A stretch of DNA of 64,000 nt from Somniosus microcephalus (taxonomy: Eukaryota): positions 210,304,001 through 210,368,000 of the forward strand of contig CM126206.1 of assembly GCA_052327205.1 (NCBI GenBank), read 5' to 3'. A program made the translations under genes and the position numbers. How positions within the stretch are numbered: the first letter of the stretch is position 1; the number at the start of each line of letters is the position of its first letter. The notes under the pieces are model-generated. The model had not been told where the DNA came from. It did no database searches and saw only the letters and a program-made list of their open reading frames with translations. Below are positions 61,186 through 64,000 of this stretch, piece by piece.

Positions 61186-63603
61186 ACATAACAAAAAAAA
61201 TCATCTTACGTATTTGCCTAGACTGGGGAACCCCTGTCAGCTTCTAACTTGTAGGCGTTGAGTCGTAATTCATTTTTACTGTTTCTTGTAAAGAGCACGG
61301 CGCTTTCTATTGCTGCTGCTGGCACTCACTTCGAATTTGAACTTACAACGTAAGGATTTACAATGATGCAACTGCTGGGCTGGAGTTCCAATTGTTTAAT
61401 CATTAATCAGGGAAATAATGGGAAGGACTTTTTACTGCACACTGTATCACTGGCTTTGTGTTGAGGCGTTTTTATTACTTTCTTTATCAGGCTGCTGTAT
61501 TCAGTGCATAAGGAAGGCGATACTTTTGCCGATTAAAAACAAACCGCACGGGCAAATAGTGACACATTGTCGATAAGCTGTCACTATTAAACAAGTCTTT
61601 ACACGACATAATGGGCAGGTTACTAGGTGATCTGTCCTTACCGAGAAAGTACAACGAGAGAAGCTCGCCCGGTTACTCTGAACTACAGGCTCTTACGCCG
61701 CCCTCAATGGCGCATCGTTAAGGCAATTACCCTAATTTACGGGGGGTGGGGGAGGGGAACGGACATCTCACGGGATAGTTGGGGAAACTGCCTCAAGAAA
61801 AACATTCCTCTGTGGGGGGAGGGGGGGCGGGGAGAAATGTTATTTTTTGCAGCATTCAAAATGAAAAGTATACAAGACATAATTTTTTTTTTCCCGAAAA
61901 CGATCCAATCCAGATTTCTTCAGCAGGCAGTTTCCGCTGCACTGGATGTTCAGACCCAGTAAATAAAGATGGCGGAGTTGGTTGTTACAGTAAAGCTTTT
62001 CATTTGTTCCAACTCACTAGCAAACGCAAAGAGGAGAAAATGCACGAAAATATGATTTCTAATTGCCGTCTAATAGAAGACGAAAAATGCATTTTCAAGG
62101 TAAATCGATAAAATTTACCAGTGCGAACAGAAACGGAAGATTATTTTACTGAACTCCGACAAAAAGGTTTCGTGTGTTTTTCCCAGTGCATTTCCATGTT
62201 CATTTTGCCTGATTTAAGGATAATATGTCAGTAGACCATTACTCACTTGGAGTTAAAACTGGAGTTTTACTGAACTTCAATCGACAAATCACAGAGTAAA
62301 AGCATCATATTTTGTACCAACAGTGCATAAAAGTTCCATGGCCCAGAAGTATATATTAAAAAAATGCTTCCCTGTGACATTTTCTTTTAAACAGATTGTT
62401 GCTCGTTTTATGAAGTCCGTTTAATAATTAAAACACACATGGGCCTCAAATAGCAGCGATCAGCTCTTGCTCCACTGCATTGTCCAAAGATACGTGGAAT
62501 ACTATCGTTAGGATTTTGGGGTTAGTTGTGAAGACTCAATCAAAAATATTCCACAAATCTTAATGGGACATTTATTTTCGTTAATTAGTTTTCAGATCTC
62601 ACTGGTGCTCAAAGCCTAAATCTATACCGAAGTAATCTCAATTTTCCACGTGTGGTCGCCATTTCACAATGCCTGTTTATGGTAGGGCTATAATCCACCG
62701 TTTGTCATAATTAATTAATCCGAGTAAATTACTGTCTGTAACCCTGATCCGCGTCACTCTGTAATGTGCAAAAGATTGATCTCACATTACCACCGACCCT
62801 GACTGCTCGGAGAGGACTCTACAGGAAGCTGACAGATGGGCGGCAGCGCCTTCCAATCGGCCACGTTTGCTTACATTTTGCTTCAGCCAAGGGGAGTTAT
62901 TATTCATAGCTGTGTGTAAAAAAAATTATATTCTGATTCCCGCTGCAACCAGAATAAATAGGCAGACAGCCAACATAATATAGAAAGACTCTTTGGCTGC
63001 CTGTAACCCTATAGTCAGGAGATGCTCCCACCAGCCTGTGTTCGATTGAAGAGGCTGCTTGCTCATTTCCATGCCAATAGCTCGAAAGCTGAGGACAGGC
63101 AAAGGCCAGGCCTTGATAGGCTGCTGCCTGCTTCCTTGTGACATTATTGCACATTGAAGGCATGGCGCCTCCTTTTACAAGCGCACACCATATCACACAC
63201 AGCTTATATACAAACTCTACATCATAAACCTCTTAAATCCAATCAATCATTTTTGCTTTGAGGGTCGTCTTCAGTTATGTTGCACGGATTAGCAATGAGG
63301 GTATAATCAGTCAATAATAAATGTGCACAGGCTATCCTGTGTCTGAACGAAATGTAACTGCAGCAGTTACCTATATTTTCTTTCATTAAAGTGCACGAAG
63401 CGGTCTGACACATAACAGACTCGCTTTGCACAGCTTTTGCCGACCTATTGAAAAAAACGCCGCTCACCCACAATGCTATAGCTAAGAAACGGGAGAGGAA
63501 CATCTGATTCTTTTCCCACTGTGGAGCGACGCTGACACTAACACATTTCCGATAGCTCTTTAGGTCCTAGGTGTTAGGTATGTCATCGAGCGGCTTTTCT
63601 TAC

Positions 63604-63862
63604 CTGACAGAGCGGCTGCTGTGCGGAAGAAGACAGGACATCCCCCGTTGTAGACGCGCGATCGGCGCTAACACTAATGCCACTGCAGACCCGAGCAAAA
63701 CAGTACGCGCATCATGAATAAATTCCTGCTGCATTCTGCCGGGCATGCTTTGAAGTATAATGCATTTGTGGGCTAATAATGCGCGTAACCTTGATGGAAG
63801 AGCGTTTGTAATTTAAATGCCACTAAAACAGTGATCGATCACCAACAAGAGCATGCAAACTT
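63604..63862 (-). ncRNA. Candidate HOTAIRM1-like lncRNA exon 1
   Basis: Minus strand reads AAGTTTGC..GTGATCGATCACTGTTTTAGTGGCATTTAAAT..CGCTC..CATCAAGGTTACGCGC, close to the recalled 5' end of human HOTAIRM1. Donor CAG|GTAAGA at 63603; divergent from HoxA1. Confidence 0.5.
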
Positions 63863-63874
63863 CGCAGGGAACTC

Positions 63875-64000
63875 CGCGATTGGACGGATCGGGTCACGTG
63901 GCGACACTTCACTGTATATTGATATCATTTTCTTTCAGCCCCATTGAGGAAGTGGGCAAGTTGGCACGGTCCATCCAGGTTGGTGGACAGTCACTTTACA
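63875..64000 (+). promoter_or_regulatory. hoxa1: HoxA1 promoter and 5'UTR (ATG just beyond window)
   Basis: GATTGG and GTCACGTG (63895), then ATTGATATCATTTTCTTTCAGCCCCATTGAGGAAGTGGGCAAGTTGGCAC, resembling the recalled HOXA1 leader; expected position 3' of HoxA2. Confidence 0.75.

Overview
This window is the central-to-3' part of a jawed-vertebrate HoxA cluster, with all genes on the + strand: HoxA7, HoxA6, HoxA5, HoxA4, HoxA3 and HoxA2. Each has two coding exons, a YPWM hexapeptide, a phase-1 GT-AG intron and a complete homeodomain. The window ends in the HoxA1 promoter/5'UTR. An intact A6 and A7, AT-rich intergenic DNA almost free of transposons, and the protein sequences suggest a cartilaginous fish (skate/shark-like); this is inference. 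Recognisable known elements include three DR5 RAREs, the Hoxa3 r5/r6 kreisler-Hox/Pbx enhancer, the Hoxa2 r3/r5-neural crest, r4 and r2 enhancers, HB1 intron elements, CTCF-like boundary sites, and miR-196 and miR-10 target sites. The most interesting unexplained patterns are: (1) a recurring cassette of an E-box promoter flanked by a minus-strand and a plus-strand splice donor, predicting paired sense leader exons and antisense lncRNAs; (2) a HOTAIRM1-like first exon conserved in sequence; (3) a modular HoxA7 3'UTR with a duplicated miR-196 double-site module separated by a ~44-bp degenerate tandem array of polyA signals; (4) uORFs, including a stop-start TAATG overlap at HoxA4. No prokaryote-type system (CRISPR, mobile element, operon) is present. 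Comparisons to human or mouse sequences are from memory and need alignment to confirm.
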